59,166 nt of DNA, taken from positions 1-59,166 of the forward strand of contig JAFTSW010000044.1 of NCBI GenBank assembly GCA_017467085.1. Direction: 5' to 3'. The notes beneath the pieces are model-generated. The model was not told the DNA's origin, did not search any database, and was given only the letters and a program-made list of their open reading frames with translations. Every line of letters starts with the position of its first letter. The stretch's first letter is position 1. The position numbers and the translations under genes were made by a program. Below, piece after piece: positions 1-10,400 of this stretch. Origin of the DNA: Clostridia bacterium. GTDB taxonomy: Bacteria > Bacillota > Clostridia > Oscillospirales > CAG-272.

Positions 1-3000
1 TCGTTGCCAAGAAGCCATTCCCACTCACCGCGATGGGCATAGGCACCGCATTCCTCTATTTGCGCCTTGATATTGCTACTGAAGGACAGCTTGCTATTGC
101 CCCAGAAGTAATTGCAGTCGGTGATGGTATGCCCGTGCAGCTTCCAGCTGGGATGCAAATGGTACGCCTCACCCTGCGCGGCGGATGCGTTTTGGCTACG
201 CACGTTATAGAAGTAGTTGTTATAGGAGTGGATATTGTAGGAGATTGCCTGGGGATGGTTTTGCTTAAACATCATATTGGAGCCGGAGAGACTCAGATAA
301 TGATGATAATCCGCATCGGAGGCATTCTTCAGCTTACCTCTGTCCGCACCTGCGGAGTAGTTCACGCAGATGTTGTTGTAGTTGGACCAGTTGGAGGAGG
401 CGCCGTCATAATAATATCCGTTGGTCAGCTCTCCCATACCGTTACCCGTGGTCTTGCTCAGCACCACGAAGTTATGGTGGCAGAAGTTGACCTGCTTGGG
501 GTTGTCGGGCTTCAGGTTGCCGCCGAGAACGTAGATGGCACCGCCATCGCCCAGCTCCTGCATAAAGTCGGTGATGTAGTTGTGATGAATATTGACGTTA
601 TACAGGTTGTAGCGCTCGTGCTCCTCCCATTCGCCGGGGGAATAGTACCAGCCAATGGAAATACCCGTGTAGGAGCAATCCATAATGGTGTTGTAGGAAA
701 GTTCCGCATCCTTGGTGGAGGGCATCGTGATGGCGGGGGCAGCGTAGGAAACGGTGGCAACGTCGTGCAAATAGTTGTTGGTTATGAGGATACCCTCCGC
801 ACCGCTTCGCTCGGAGAACTCGGGGCTACCGCCGGGAACACCGGGGACGGGGGCAATCTGGATGGCGTGGGCGCCGATTTCCTCAAACTCGTTGCCCGAG
901 ATGGTGAGGTCCTCGGTTCTTCCCTCCATATAGAGCGCCGCCGCACCGATATCGTGGAAGTAGCAATCACGGATAACCGTATTTGTGGTGTTCCACGAGG
1001 TAAATACCGATTTTTTGGTAAAGCTAATCTCGTAATCTCTTCTTTGCAGGATTTTGTTACCGCCGCCCTGGTTGGAGGCAATGCCGTAGGCGGACATCTC
1101 ATAGTAGTCCGTGCCCCAGAAGGTCAGGTCGGAGAGAACAAAGTTCTTGGTATCCTCAAAGACGAAAATATTATCCAAAGCACCGCGGGAGAAGGAAAGG
1201 TCGAGAATGTCGCCTTCGGTGTAGTAGTAGAGCTTGCCCTCGGCTTCATCGTAATAATACTCGTCCTCCTCGTCCACAAACTCCAATGCGTTCTGAATGG
1301 AGAAGAGTCGGTCATCGGTATAATTGTTGGGAGGAATCTGGAAGTGCTGATACTGGTCCTTGTTGAGGTAAACCGCCACGAGGATTTCCGTATCACCGTG
1401 ACGCGCGTCATCGTAGTAAACAACGTCCTCAAAGTCAATGCCGTCCACGTCCATAATATTGAAGCACCAGTTTGCCGCTACGTGCATTTCAATACCCAGC
1501 TCGCGCGTGCAAATCTTAAAGGAGGAGCGCGCATCGTATATACGCCACTCGGCATCGGCTAAGTCTGCCTTTGCCACGTCTACTGCAGCCTCAGCCGCCT
1601 CCATCACCGCCTTGGCGGCAATGTAGGCAACCTTTTCCTCATCGGTAGCGTCAGCCTTTCCTGCCGCCGCCAGCTTTGCCTCATAGTCTGCCTTGGCAGC
1701 AGCATACGCCGCTTCCTTATTGGCGATAACGCCCGTTCTTCTTTCCACCTCGCTCTGCCAGTAGTCCTTGCTTGCCTCCAAATCGGCAAGACGCTGCGCA
1801 ACCAAGGCGCGCAGGGGCTCAACCGCTTCAATTTGCACGTAGAAAAGACCGGGTCTATCCTCTTTGTTTTCGTATTCGGCAGGCTCGTAGGTAACATCCT
1901 TTGCCTTGACGGTGCCTGCGTATACCAGCTGGTACTGCTCCTTAAAGTAGGCAAAGCCATCGGCGTAATCCTCGCCCATACCCTGGCGAACACCCTCTGC
2001 CGTCAAGGCGGCAAAGGCATCCTTGCCTACGGAGGAATCGTTATACGCCGCCTTCAAATCACCGTATGCCAGGAACCATTCGTAGTGCTTGGTATAGGAG
2101 GCGATAAGGTCGGGTCTGTGCGAGAGGCTTGCATATTCAACGGAGGGAGCGTGCTGCTCCAGAACACCCTTTTCAAAGTAATACTTGGCGTTGAGATAGG
2201 TTCCCTCGATGTCCTTTGCATAGCGGAAGGACAAGGGACGCTCACCGTCTGCCGTGGTGATGGGGGTGGTATGGGCACGGGTTGCTACCATTCCGTCCAC
2301 ATAGAGGTTACGGAAGGCGGGATATTTGCCGTTTTCATCGGGAGCGAACTGGTAGACATAGAGGCTATCCTTCCCTGCTACTGCCGCAAAATCGGCAGAG
2401 GAGAGAGGCAGGGCGGTGGTCAGCTCGGGGGCTTCGTCCGCCATATAGTCGCCTTCAACCATGTAATAGTAGTAGGGGTAGGTGATTTCGTCAAAATCAA
2501 GCGTGAGAATTTCGGAAATCACGTGGGTGCCGCCCTCTACGAACAGGCGCACGTTGGTGGGTCTGTCCAGCGTTGTCAGCACTGCGTTGCACGCTTCGAA
2601 GGCGTCGGTAAAGTCGGTATAGGGAGCGCTCTCGCTACCGTCGCCCTTGCCCTCGGCGTGGGAATTGAAATGAACGGTATGCTCGTAATAGCAGGCGTCC
2701 ACCGTTGCGGCAACGTACTGCTTCATAACGTCATCTCCCAGGTCCTCCAGCGAATTGAAGTAATTCATTACCGTAAAGAAGGAGGTAATGTCGCTGTACG
2801 CGGCGCCCGAGAAGCCGCCGTAGAAAATCATTTCCGTGCCGTCTTCGGCGGTCAGCCGCACATAGGACACGATTTTCAGCTTTTGGTTATAGATATCCAA
2901 GCCGCCGTCCTCAAAGGCAAGGGTCAGGGCAAAGGTATCCTCGTCCAAGAAATACCGATTTTTCGCGCCCGCTACCGAGGTGAAGGTTTCGAAGCGATAA

Positions 3001-6000
3001 TCGTAGGCTCCGCTTTCCAGGTCGGGCATTTCGCCGTTCAGATTTACAAGAGCGCCAAGCTCCACGGCAAAGCCAGCCTGCATAATGGCTCTGATGGAGC
3101 TGTAACGCAGAGAGAAATAGAAGCGAAGGGTATCGGACATATCGTTTTTGAAGGCGACGCCGTCATACCCTACCCAAATGCCTGCCATACCGTTATCCAG
3201 CGCCGACTGCGCCTCCTCCTTGGTCATATTGAAGGACAGGTGCGCAAACGCCTTGAATACGGTTGCCTTATCGGGGATTTTGGAAAGGGTATCCACCAGC
3301 ATAGAGATATCCAAATCCAGGTAGTAGCATACGTCCGCTACGTGGTTCTGAATTTTCTCGTCCTCGGTCAGAAGACGGTTGTAAATACGAATGGAATAAT
3401 GGGTCGCCGCCAGGCCGCGCCACATATCGAAGGTTTTATCCACAACCTCGTCCTTGGTCATATAGCGGCTATCCTTAATTTCGGATATAAGACCCGTTTT
3501 TCCGTTGTAGGAGGTGGTGTAGCTGGCAATCATACCGTCATTGTCCACCTCATCGAAGACATCGTGGGCAATGGTATAGTTGATAATACCCGCATTCAGA
3601 ACGGGGCCCAAACCGTAATCTCTGCCTACCTTTACACGGGTCGCGTCCGTTCTGTCATTCCAGCACTGGCTTTCCTGGTAGAGCCAACGGTGCTGCAAAT
3701 CGCCCGCGCCCTCGGAATGGGTGTCACACACCCAGCCGATGCTGCGGTAGGGTCCGACAATGAACATTCTGTCGGTATAAATACCGTAGCGGCTGTAATC
3801 ATCGTACAGCAGGGAGATATTGCCCTGTGCATCCTCTACGGTCAAGCCCTCGGGGTCGAGAATGGACTCGATGGTGAAGTCGCCCTCGGGCAGATGGCTA
3901 TAATCAAAGTTGACGTAGTAATCGTTATTCTGTTCTCTGCGGTAAGCCTCTACCTTCTTATTTGCCAGGGAAAGCTGGGGAATGGTTTCACGGATGCGAA
4001 TACCGCCGTCCTCGGCTCTCGCCCAGCCTCTACCCACCAGGGTACCGAAGGTGGCGTTTTTCACGGCGTTAGTCCACAGCACGCTCTTTTCGTTGAACTG
4101 CGCGGCGGTGGAAAAGCCGTTATAAGAGGCGAGCAGCATTTCCAAGCCGTCGGTGACGTAGAGGGAATTCTCGGGACGCCACTGGCTGACAACCAAATTC
4201 AGAACGTCCTTCAGCGCCGCATCAAAGGCTTCCTTGTCCAAAAGGGCGCTTTCCTTCATAGCATCCACCACGAAGGCACGGGTTTCGGCATCCCAGTTCT
4301 TGTATTCCAGAGGGTCAAAGCCCGCATACGCCATCATATCCACAAAATGGTTAGTGGCAAGCTCCGCCTCGGTCAAGGGCTTGGTATACAGACGCACCGC
4401 GTATATAGTACCGGGCATCGAGCGGTTGACGATGAAGCTACCAACGTAAGGAGTATCTCCCTTGGTACAGCCGTGGGTGGCGGCGGTAACGTCCGAGCCG
4501 TTCTTGGTGAACCTGTAGCTATATTTGGTGTCCGTTTCGGTCAGGGTAATGGAAAGGGCCATAGCGGAGGTGTCCTGGCGATAGGCGTCTAATCTGGTAT
4601 TCCAATGTCCCGAGGCGCCGCCTGTATCCGTCCAGTTGTCCGTTGCCGTCTTCTCGGACTCGGTGAACATAGTAACGATAGAGTTGGCGTAACGGGTATG
4701 GTAGGGGTCGCTTGTGCCAAGAGGACCGCAGAACAAAAATCCGCGGAAGCGACCGAGAGAGATTGTGGCGGTGGCGCCGTATACGTTATAGGCGGTAACG
4801 CCGTCAGCGTCACGGGTGATACCGCGGACGGAGGCGATGTATTCCAGGGTATAGGTATCCAGAGGAAGCGCCGTGGGGTCGATGGTGAGCGCCTGGCTAT
4901 AATCAAAGGCTGCTAAATCGTAGCCAATGCCGCCGTCCTCGTATTTTTCCCACAGGCTGCCCTGAAGGGTGGCGTTGTAGTTGCGCATTTTATCGTACCA
5001 GACGGTAGACTTTTCCAGCGCTACAACGGAGGAATTATCATAAGCGGAAAGAAGAATGGAAAGGACGCCGCCGTTTTGGGTTTTACTGCCGTTTGCGCCT
5101 ACGTACAGCTCGTCATACACGGTTTTCTTGGATGCCGCATCGGCAACGGCACGCACCGCCTCAAGCTCTGCCACGATACCGTCAATATCCGCGGCGGTGG
5201 CGGTAAAGTCCTTCTCTGCTACCAGGGAGAGGAAGGTCTTTTTGTCCGTATCGTCGACACCTTGGTAAACGGAAAAGGGAACGCCCGCGTGCAACAGAAT
5301 ATCCACCGCGCGGTTCTGCGCCAGCTCAAGCTCGGTTAAGGGCTTGGTGTAAAGCCTTATCGCATAGTAGGTGGCAGGCATAGCGCGGTTGATGATGAAG
5401 CTACCAACGTAAGGGGTTGCGCTCTTTTCGCAGCCGTAATAGTTTTTGGGCGTAATATCCACCCCGTTGTGACGGAACTGATAGGAATAGGCGGTATCAC
5501 TGGCGGTCAGGGCAACCGTGAGGGACATCGTGTCGGTGTTCTCACGGTAAAGGGACAGCTTATAGCTCCAACGGTTCGTTTCCGCGCCCATATCGTAGTA
5601 ATTATCGTTTGCCATCGACGCGGCCTCGGTGTACATGGTTACAAGGTCATTGCCGTAACGGGTATGGTAGGGGTCAGTGGTGCCGAGAGGGCCGCAGAAC
5701 AAAAAGGCACGGAAGCGACCCAAGGAGATATTGGCAGTCGCGGAAAATTTATTGAAGGTAGTCACGCCGTCGGCGTTCTCCGTCAAGCCGCGGACGGAGG
5801 ACACGATTTCCAGGGTGTAGGTATCCGTAGGAAGCAAGGAGGCGGGCAACGACAGCATATAGCTGTTATCGAAGGTGGCAAGGTCATAGCCAACGCCGCC
5901 CTCCGCATACGCCGTCCAGGTGCCGCCAAGGGTGGCGTGTCCCGTGGCGCCATTGGCTACGTTGGTCCAGACACCGCCGGAGGGGTCAAGCGAGGACTGC

Positions 6001-6224
6001 CCCTTGAATGCCGTTAAAAGCACGGTCATCGTGCCGCCGTTGACGGTGGCTTCTCCGTCAGCGCCCACGTATAGGTCAAGATAGCTTGCCGCCTCCTTCC
6101 CTCCCGCATTCTGGGAGGCGCTTTGAGAGGAACCCGTTTCTGCCGAAACGGGGAAAAGCGCCGTCGGCACCAGCGCCACCAGCATACAAAGCGTTAAAAG
6201 CGCGCAAAGAATTCTGTTTTTCAT
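1..6224 (-). CDS. Giant secreted LamG x3 + GH141-like beta-helix protein, copy 1 (3'-truncated by the window edge, ~2,075 aa)
   Basis: Not in the ORF track. Manual translation from the ATG at 6224 gives MKNRILCALLTLCMLVALVPTALFPVSA and stays in frame to position 1, ending ...GEWEWLLGN, the conserved C-terminus of the paralogs. Contains FRNLYVDG, NALEFVDEEDEYYYD, SYTGISIGW, ELGDGGAIYVLGG and YYYDGASSNW. Confidence 0.9.
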   Translation of the reverse strand, partial: MKNRILCALLTLCMLVALVPTALFPVSAETGSSQSASQNAGGKEAASYLDLYVGADGEATVNGGTMTVLLTAFKGQSSLDPSGGVWTNVANGATGHATLGGTWTAYAEGGVGYDLATFDNSYMLSLPASLLPTDTYTLEIVSSVRGLTENADGVTTFNKFSATANISLGRFRAFLFCGPLGTTDPYHTRYGNDLVTMYTEAASMANDNYYDMGAETNRWSYKLSLYRENTDTMSLTVALTASDTAYSYQFRHNGVDITPKNYYGCEKSATPYVGSFIINRAMPATYYAIRLYTKPLTELELAQNRAVDILLHAGVPFSVYQGVDDTDKKTFLSLVAEKDFTATAADIDGIVAELEAVRAVADAASKKTVYDELYVGANGSKTQNGGVLSILLSAYDNSSVVALEKSTVWYDKMRNYNATLQGSLWEKYEDGGIGYDLAAFDYSQALTIDPTALPLDTYTLEYIASVRGITRDADGVTAYNVYGATATISLGRFRGFLFCGPLGTSDPYHTRYANSIVTMFTESEKTATDNWTDTGGASGHWNTRLDAYRQDTSAMALSITLTETDTKYSYRFTKNGSDVTAATHGCTKGDTPYVGSFIVNRSMPGTIYAVRLYTKPLTEAELATNHFVDMMAYAGFDPLEYKNWDAETRAFVVDAMKESALLDKEAFDAALKDVLNLVVSQWRPENSLYVTDGLEMLLASYNGFSTAAQFNEKSVLWTNAVKNATFGTLVGRGWARAEDGGIRIRETIPQLSLANKKVEAYRREQNNDYYVNFDYSHLPEGDFTIESILDPEGLTVEDAQGNISLLYDDYSRYGIYTDRMFIVGPYRSIGWVCDTHSEGAGDLQHRWLYQESQCWNDRTDATRVKVGRDYGLGPVLNAGIINYTIAHDVFDEVDNDGMIASYTTSYNGKTGLISEIKDSRYMTKDEVVDKTFDMWRGLAATHYSIRIYNRLLTEDEKIQNHVADVCYYLDLDISMLVDTLSKIPDKATVFKAFAHLSFNMTKEEAQSALDNGMAGIWVGYDGVAFKNDMSDTLRFYFSLRYSSIRAIMQAGFAVELGALVNLNGEMPDLESGAYDYRFETFTSVAGAKNRYFLDEDTFALTLAFEDGGLDIYNQKLKIVSYVRLTAEDGTEMIFYGGFSGAAYSDITSFFTVMNYFNSLEDLGDDVMKQYVAATVDACYYEHTVHFNSHAEGKGDGSESAPYTDFTDAFEACNAVLTTLDRPTNVRLFVEGGTHVISEILTLDFDEITYPYYYYMVEGDYMADEAPELTTALPLSSADFAAVAGKDSLYVYQFAPDENGKYPAFRNLYVDGMVATRAHTTPITTADGERPLSFRYAKDIEGTYLNAKYYFEKGVLEQHAPSVEYASLSHRPDLIASYTKHYEWFLAYGDLKAAYNDSSVGKDAFAALTAEGVRQGMGEDYADGFAYFKEQYQLVYAGTVKAKDVTYEPAEYENKEDRPGLFYVQIEAVEPLRALVAQRLADLEASKDYWQSEVERRTGVIANKEAAYAAAKADYEAKLAAAGKADATDEEKVAYIAAKAVMEAAEAAVDVAKADLADAEWRIYDARSSFKICTRELGIEMHVAANWCFNIMDVDGIDFEDVVYYDDARHGDTEILVAVYLNKDQYQHFQIPPNNYTDDRLFSIQNALEFVDEEDEYYYDEAEGKLYYYTEGDILDLSFSRGALDNIFVFEDTKNFVLSDLTFWGTDYYEMSAYGIASNQGGGNKILQRRDYEISFTKKSVFTSWNTTNTVIRDCYFHDIGAAALYMEGRTEDLTISGNEFEEIGAHAIQIAPVPGVPGGSPEFSERSGAEGILITNNYLHDVATVSYAAPAITMPSTKDAELSYNTIMDCSYTGISIGWYYSPGEWEEHERYNLYNVNIHHNYITDFMQELGDGGAIYVLGGNLKPDNPKQVNFCHHNFVVLSKTTGNGMGELTNGYYYDGASSNWSNYNNICVNYSAGADRGKLKNASDADYHHYLSLSGSNMMFKQNHPQAISYNIHSYNNYFYNVRSQNASAAQGEAYHLHPSWKLHGHTITDCNYFWGNSKLSFSSNIKAQIEECGAYAHRGEWEWLLGN

Positions 6225-6283
6225 AACGAAAACCGTCCTTTTCTTGTTTTGCGGTATCTATAGTTATTGCGGCATCTATAGTT

Positions 6284-6313
6284 ATTATAGCATCTTTCTT
6301 TGGCGGTTGTAAA
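6284..6313 (-). promoter_or_regulatory. Proximal sigmaA-type promoter of copy 1
   Basis: Minus strand TTTACA-18-TATAAT with TGn extended -10. Confidence 0.45.
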
Positions 6314-6385
6314 TGTACATAAAGAAAGTGTTTGTAATAAATGATACTGCTTTTTGCCTAAAGTGACCTGCTTCTAATGCAAATA

Positions 6386-6479
6386 ATTATAGCAAAAAAG
6401 CACAAAAAAGTCAATACAGGCAGGTGCTTTTCGGCTTTATGCCACAAGGCGCCGCGCGCTTTTTGTACAAACTCAACAA
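6386..6479 (-). promoter_or_regulatory. Distal sigmaA promoter of copy 1 with paired 17-bp dyad sites
   Basis: TTGACT (6414-6409), 17 bp, TATAAT (6391-6386), extended -10. Dyads start at 6431 and 6463. Confidence 0.6.
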
Positions 6480-6585
6480 AGGCAGGAAAAGCGCCGCTTG
6501 CGCCCCCATAAAAAATGGAAAGAGGTGCTTGCTTTTTAGGGAAAACCGTGCTACAATACAGGCAGCAAACAAAAGGAGTTCCCTT

Positions 6586-7338
6586 ATGACCTATAAGATT
6601 ATCACCTTCAATATCCGCTGCTGTGACGACAAGGACGGACATTCCATCGCTGAGCGCGCGCCGAGGCTTTTTGAGGCTATGCGCCCTTATGACGCCGACC
6701 TTATCGGCTTTCAGGAATATACCCCCGTCTGGGAGCCCTTTATCCAAGAATATTTTAGCGAGGAGTACGAGATTTTCAACCAATACCGCGCCGCTGACAA
6801 TTTTGAATCCACCCCCATTCTCTGGAAGAAATCCGTCTTCTCCTGCATAGAAAAAACCTGCTTCTGGCTCTCCGACACCCCCGAGGTGGAATCCCAGGGT
6901 TGGGACTCTATCGGCTGCAAGCGTATTTGTATGATGGTGCGGCTTCTTCACAAGGAAAGCGGTAAGGAAATTTGCTTTATGAACACGCATTTTGGCTTTG
7001 GTGACCCTTGTCAGATAGCAAGCGCCGAGCTGATTTACCGTTACAGCCAAAGGAAAGAGGCGCTCCCCGTTATACTGACGGGAGATTTCAATATGGAGCC
7101 CACCTATCCTGCCTACGCCGCCTTGACCTCTCATTTTACCGATGCCAACGCCGCCACCGCCTGCGACAGGCGCGACACCTACCACGGCTATTTTGCAGAG
7201 GGCATCAAGCGCCATCATATTGATTACTGCTTTGTCAATGACAGAGTCAAGCCTCTCTCCACCGACATCATCACGCGGGATTTTGACGGCAAATATCCTT
7301 CCGATCATTTTGGCATTTTCTTTACGGTAGAAGCGTAA
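6586..7338 (+). CDS. Endonuclease/exonuclease/phosphatase (EEP) family protein
   Basis: Motifs TFNIR, GFQE, FWLSDTP, NTHF, GDFN, IDY and SDH. Start re-set to ATG 6586 behind AAGGAG. Promoter TTGCTT-17-TACAAT at 6529-6557. Confidence 0.88.
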   Translation: MTYKIITFNIRCCDDKDGHSIAERAPRLFEAMRPYDADLIGFQEYTPVWEPFIQEYFSEEYEIFNQYRAADNFESTPILWKKSVFSCIEKTCFWLSDTPEVESQGWDSIGCKRICMMVRLLHKESGKEICFMNTHFGFGDPCQIASAELIYRYSQRKEALPVILTGDFNMEPTYPAYAALTSHFTDANAATACDRRDTYHGYFAEGIKRHHIDYCFVNDRVKPLSTDIITRDFDGKYPSDHFGIFFTVEA

Positions 7339-7359
7339 AGAACTGTTTACAAAATAGTA

Positions 7360-7422
7360 AACCGCCTCGGCAAAAGCCGAGGCGGTTCTTTGCGCCCCCA
7401 AGCTTGTCTTGGGGCATTTTTT
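7360..7422. terminator. Hairpins between the convergent EEP gene and copy 2 (bidirectional terminator)
   Basis: AACCGCCTCGGC-AAAA-GCCGAGGCGGTT, then CCCCAAG-N5-CTTGGGG followed by a T run. Confidence 0.7.
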
Positions 7423-7443
7423 GTTATGCTTTGCTTGCAAAAA

Positions 7444-10400
7444 TCAATAATCGTCGCCCAAAACCCAGGTCCAGTCACCGGGGCAAGCATAAGCGCCGCA
7501 CTCCTCAATCTGTATCTTGACGGAGGCGGAGAAGGCAAAGCTTCTCTCTCCGCTGAAGTACTGGGTACCCGATTCGGTATGTCCCTTGCCCTTCCAGCCG
7601 CTTCCCATATGGTAGCATTCCGCGAACTGCTCGGTCACCTTGGTGGCACGTACGTTATATACGTAGTTGTCCCAGGAATGGATGTTAAAGGAAAGGGAGT
7701 CGGGGGTGGTGGACTGCATAAAGAAGGGCCGGGTGTACTTAGCGCTGAGATAGGCATAATACTCTGCCTCGGTATACCTTCCTGCGTTATACTGCTTGTC
7801 GGTGATGGTGGAGGCGTGCTTCACCAGAATGTTGTTGTAGTTCGACCAGTTGGAGCAGGAGGCATCAAAATAGTAAGAGCAGGCAAAGAAGCCTCTGGGG
7901 TTAGAAGACTTGCTATGCACCACGTAGTTATGGTGCAGGAAGTTCAGCTGCTTGGGGTTGTCGGACTTCAGGTTGCCGCCCATAATATAGATGGCGCCGC
8001 CGTCCCCTAATTCCTGCATATAGTCGGTGATATAGTTGTGGTGCATATTCACGTTTTGCAGGTGAATCTTCTCGCCCTCCTCCCAGTCGGCAGCTGTCCA
8101 CTTCCAACCGATGGAGTAGGCGGAATAGGAGGAGCCGATGACCGTGTTGCGGCTGATTTCCACGTTTTCGCAAACGCCTATCATCACGCTGGGGGCAGAA
8201 TAGATGCTTCTGCCGATATCGTGCAGATAGTTGTTGGTGACGGTCAGATAATAGGAGCCCGAGGTTTCGGACATTTCTCTGCCGCCGTACTTAGAGGTAT
8301 CGCCTCGCACACGGATGCCCGAGTCGCCAATCCATTCCAGCTCGTTGCCCGAAATGGTGGTATATTCGTTGCGCCCCTGGATGAAGATGCCCGCACCGCC
8401 GATATCGTGAATATAGCAGTCCTGCACGGTGGTATGGCGGGGGTCATAGAGGGAGATGGCACTCTCGGTACAGAAGCCGCAGCCGCCCTCGGCAAGGGAA
8501 GGCTCGGTGATGACGTCCGCGCCTGCCTGACCCGTGGCAACGCCCGTTCTGGACAGCTCGTAAATATCCACACCCCAAATGGTCAGGTCGGTCAGCACCA
8601 GATACTGCGGGTTGTGGAACACGAAAAGATTGTCCAGGGTGGGATAGGAAATAGAGAGTCCGTCCAGCCCGTATGCGGTATAGTAGTACAGTCTTCCCGT
8701 TTCTACGTCATAGTAGTATTCGTTTTCGCTGTCCACGAACGCAAGATCATTCTGCATAGAGAAGAAGTAGCCGTTCAAATCGCCGCCCTTGGGTCTTTGG
8801 AATTTCTCAAAGTGGTCGGGTCTGATATAGACGGCAACGCAGGTTTCCAGCTCCTTGGCGATTTCATCGTAATAATAGGTTACGTCGTCAAAATCGATGC
8901 CGTATACGTCCAAAAGGTTGTAGCACCACTGACCCGAATGGTACATTTCAAGCTGGGTTCCCTTCATACATACCTGGTAAGAGAAGGTGGGATCATATAC
9001 CATCAGCTCGGTTTCCGCTAAGAGCGCCGTTACCTCATCAAGGGTCACCTTGGCGGCGTCCATTACCGCCTTGGCGGCTACGTACGCAACCTTTTCCTCG
9101 TCGGTGGCACCGGCCTTGCCTGCGGCGGCGAGCTTGGCTTCATAGTCTGCCACAGCCGCCTCGTATGCCGCCTTTGCCGTTGCCTTTTCTGCCGTCAGTT
9201 CGGCAACCTCGGCGCTGACCGCGTCCTTGTTCGCCTTCATCTCGGCAAGACGCGCAGAAACGGTATCCCGAAGCGCCTCCACGGAGGCAATATTCAAATA
9301 GAGAACGGCAGGCTTGTAATCCTCGCCGGGATCCCATACATAGGCGTTGCCCTGGCTCAAGAAGCCGTTATAGTGGGTGGTATAGGAGGCGATAAGGTCG
9401 GTTCTCTCGGCAAGAGAGGCATACTCAACGGAGGGAGAATGCTCCTCCAATACCCCGTTTTCATAGTAATACTTCGCCTTTAAGTAGGTGCCCTGCTCAA
9501 ACTCGCCGAAGCGGTTGACCTCGGGCATTACGCCCTTATGGGCATAGTTGGCAGTGGAATGGGAAAGGTCTGCCGTGATGCCGTCCACATAGAGGTTACG
9601 GAAGGCAGGGTACTTGCCCTCGGCATCGGGGGCGAACTGGTAAACGTACAGGCTATCCTTCCCTGCTACCGCCTCAAATTCCTCGGTGGGAAGGGGAATA
9701 GCGGTGGTCAGCTCGGGTGCCTCGTCGTCCAGATAATCGCCTTCAATAGTGTAATAATAATAGGGATAGGTGACTGCCGTAAAGTCAAACTCGGCAATCT
9801 CCGTCACCGTATGGGTGCCGCCCTCCACGAAGAGGCGCACGTTGGTGGGTCTGTCAAGCGCCGCCAACGCCGCATTACACGCCGCAAAGGCATCGGCGAA
9901 GTCGGTATAGGGAGCATCGGCACTACCGTCCCCCTTGCCCTCGGCGTTTGAATCAAAGTAGACGGTGTGGTCATAGTAGCAGGAGGCTACCGTGTCGGCA
10001 ACGTACTGAGCAAGCTCGCTCTCCTTGATGGCATTGCGTCCGTCAAGGTAGTTCATCACGGTGAAGAAGGAGGTCATCTTATAGAACGCCTTGCCCGAGA
10101 AGCCGCCGTAGAAATACATTTCCTCCCCCTGGGCGGTGGTGAGCTTCACGTAGGTCACAACCTTGAGGTTTTGGTTATAAAGGTCTATATTGCCGTCATG
10201 GAAGGACAGAGTGACAGCGTAGGTATCCTCGTCTAAGAAATACTCCTTATGCGCGCCTGCCACAGAATCAAAGGCAACGAAGCGATAATCGTACTTGCCT
10301 GCCTTCACATCGGGCTGCTCCCCGGAAAGATTGACAACCGTACCAAGCTCAATGGCGAAGCCCGCCTGCATAATGGCGGTGATGGAGGGCTGCTGGAGGG

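Noticed and set aside
1-6224. Copy 1 as a pseudogene because it is absent from the ORF track
   Set aside because: The start and the window-edge codons are in the same frame and I found no internal stop. The stop simply lies beyond position 1.
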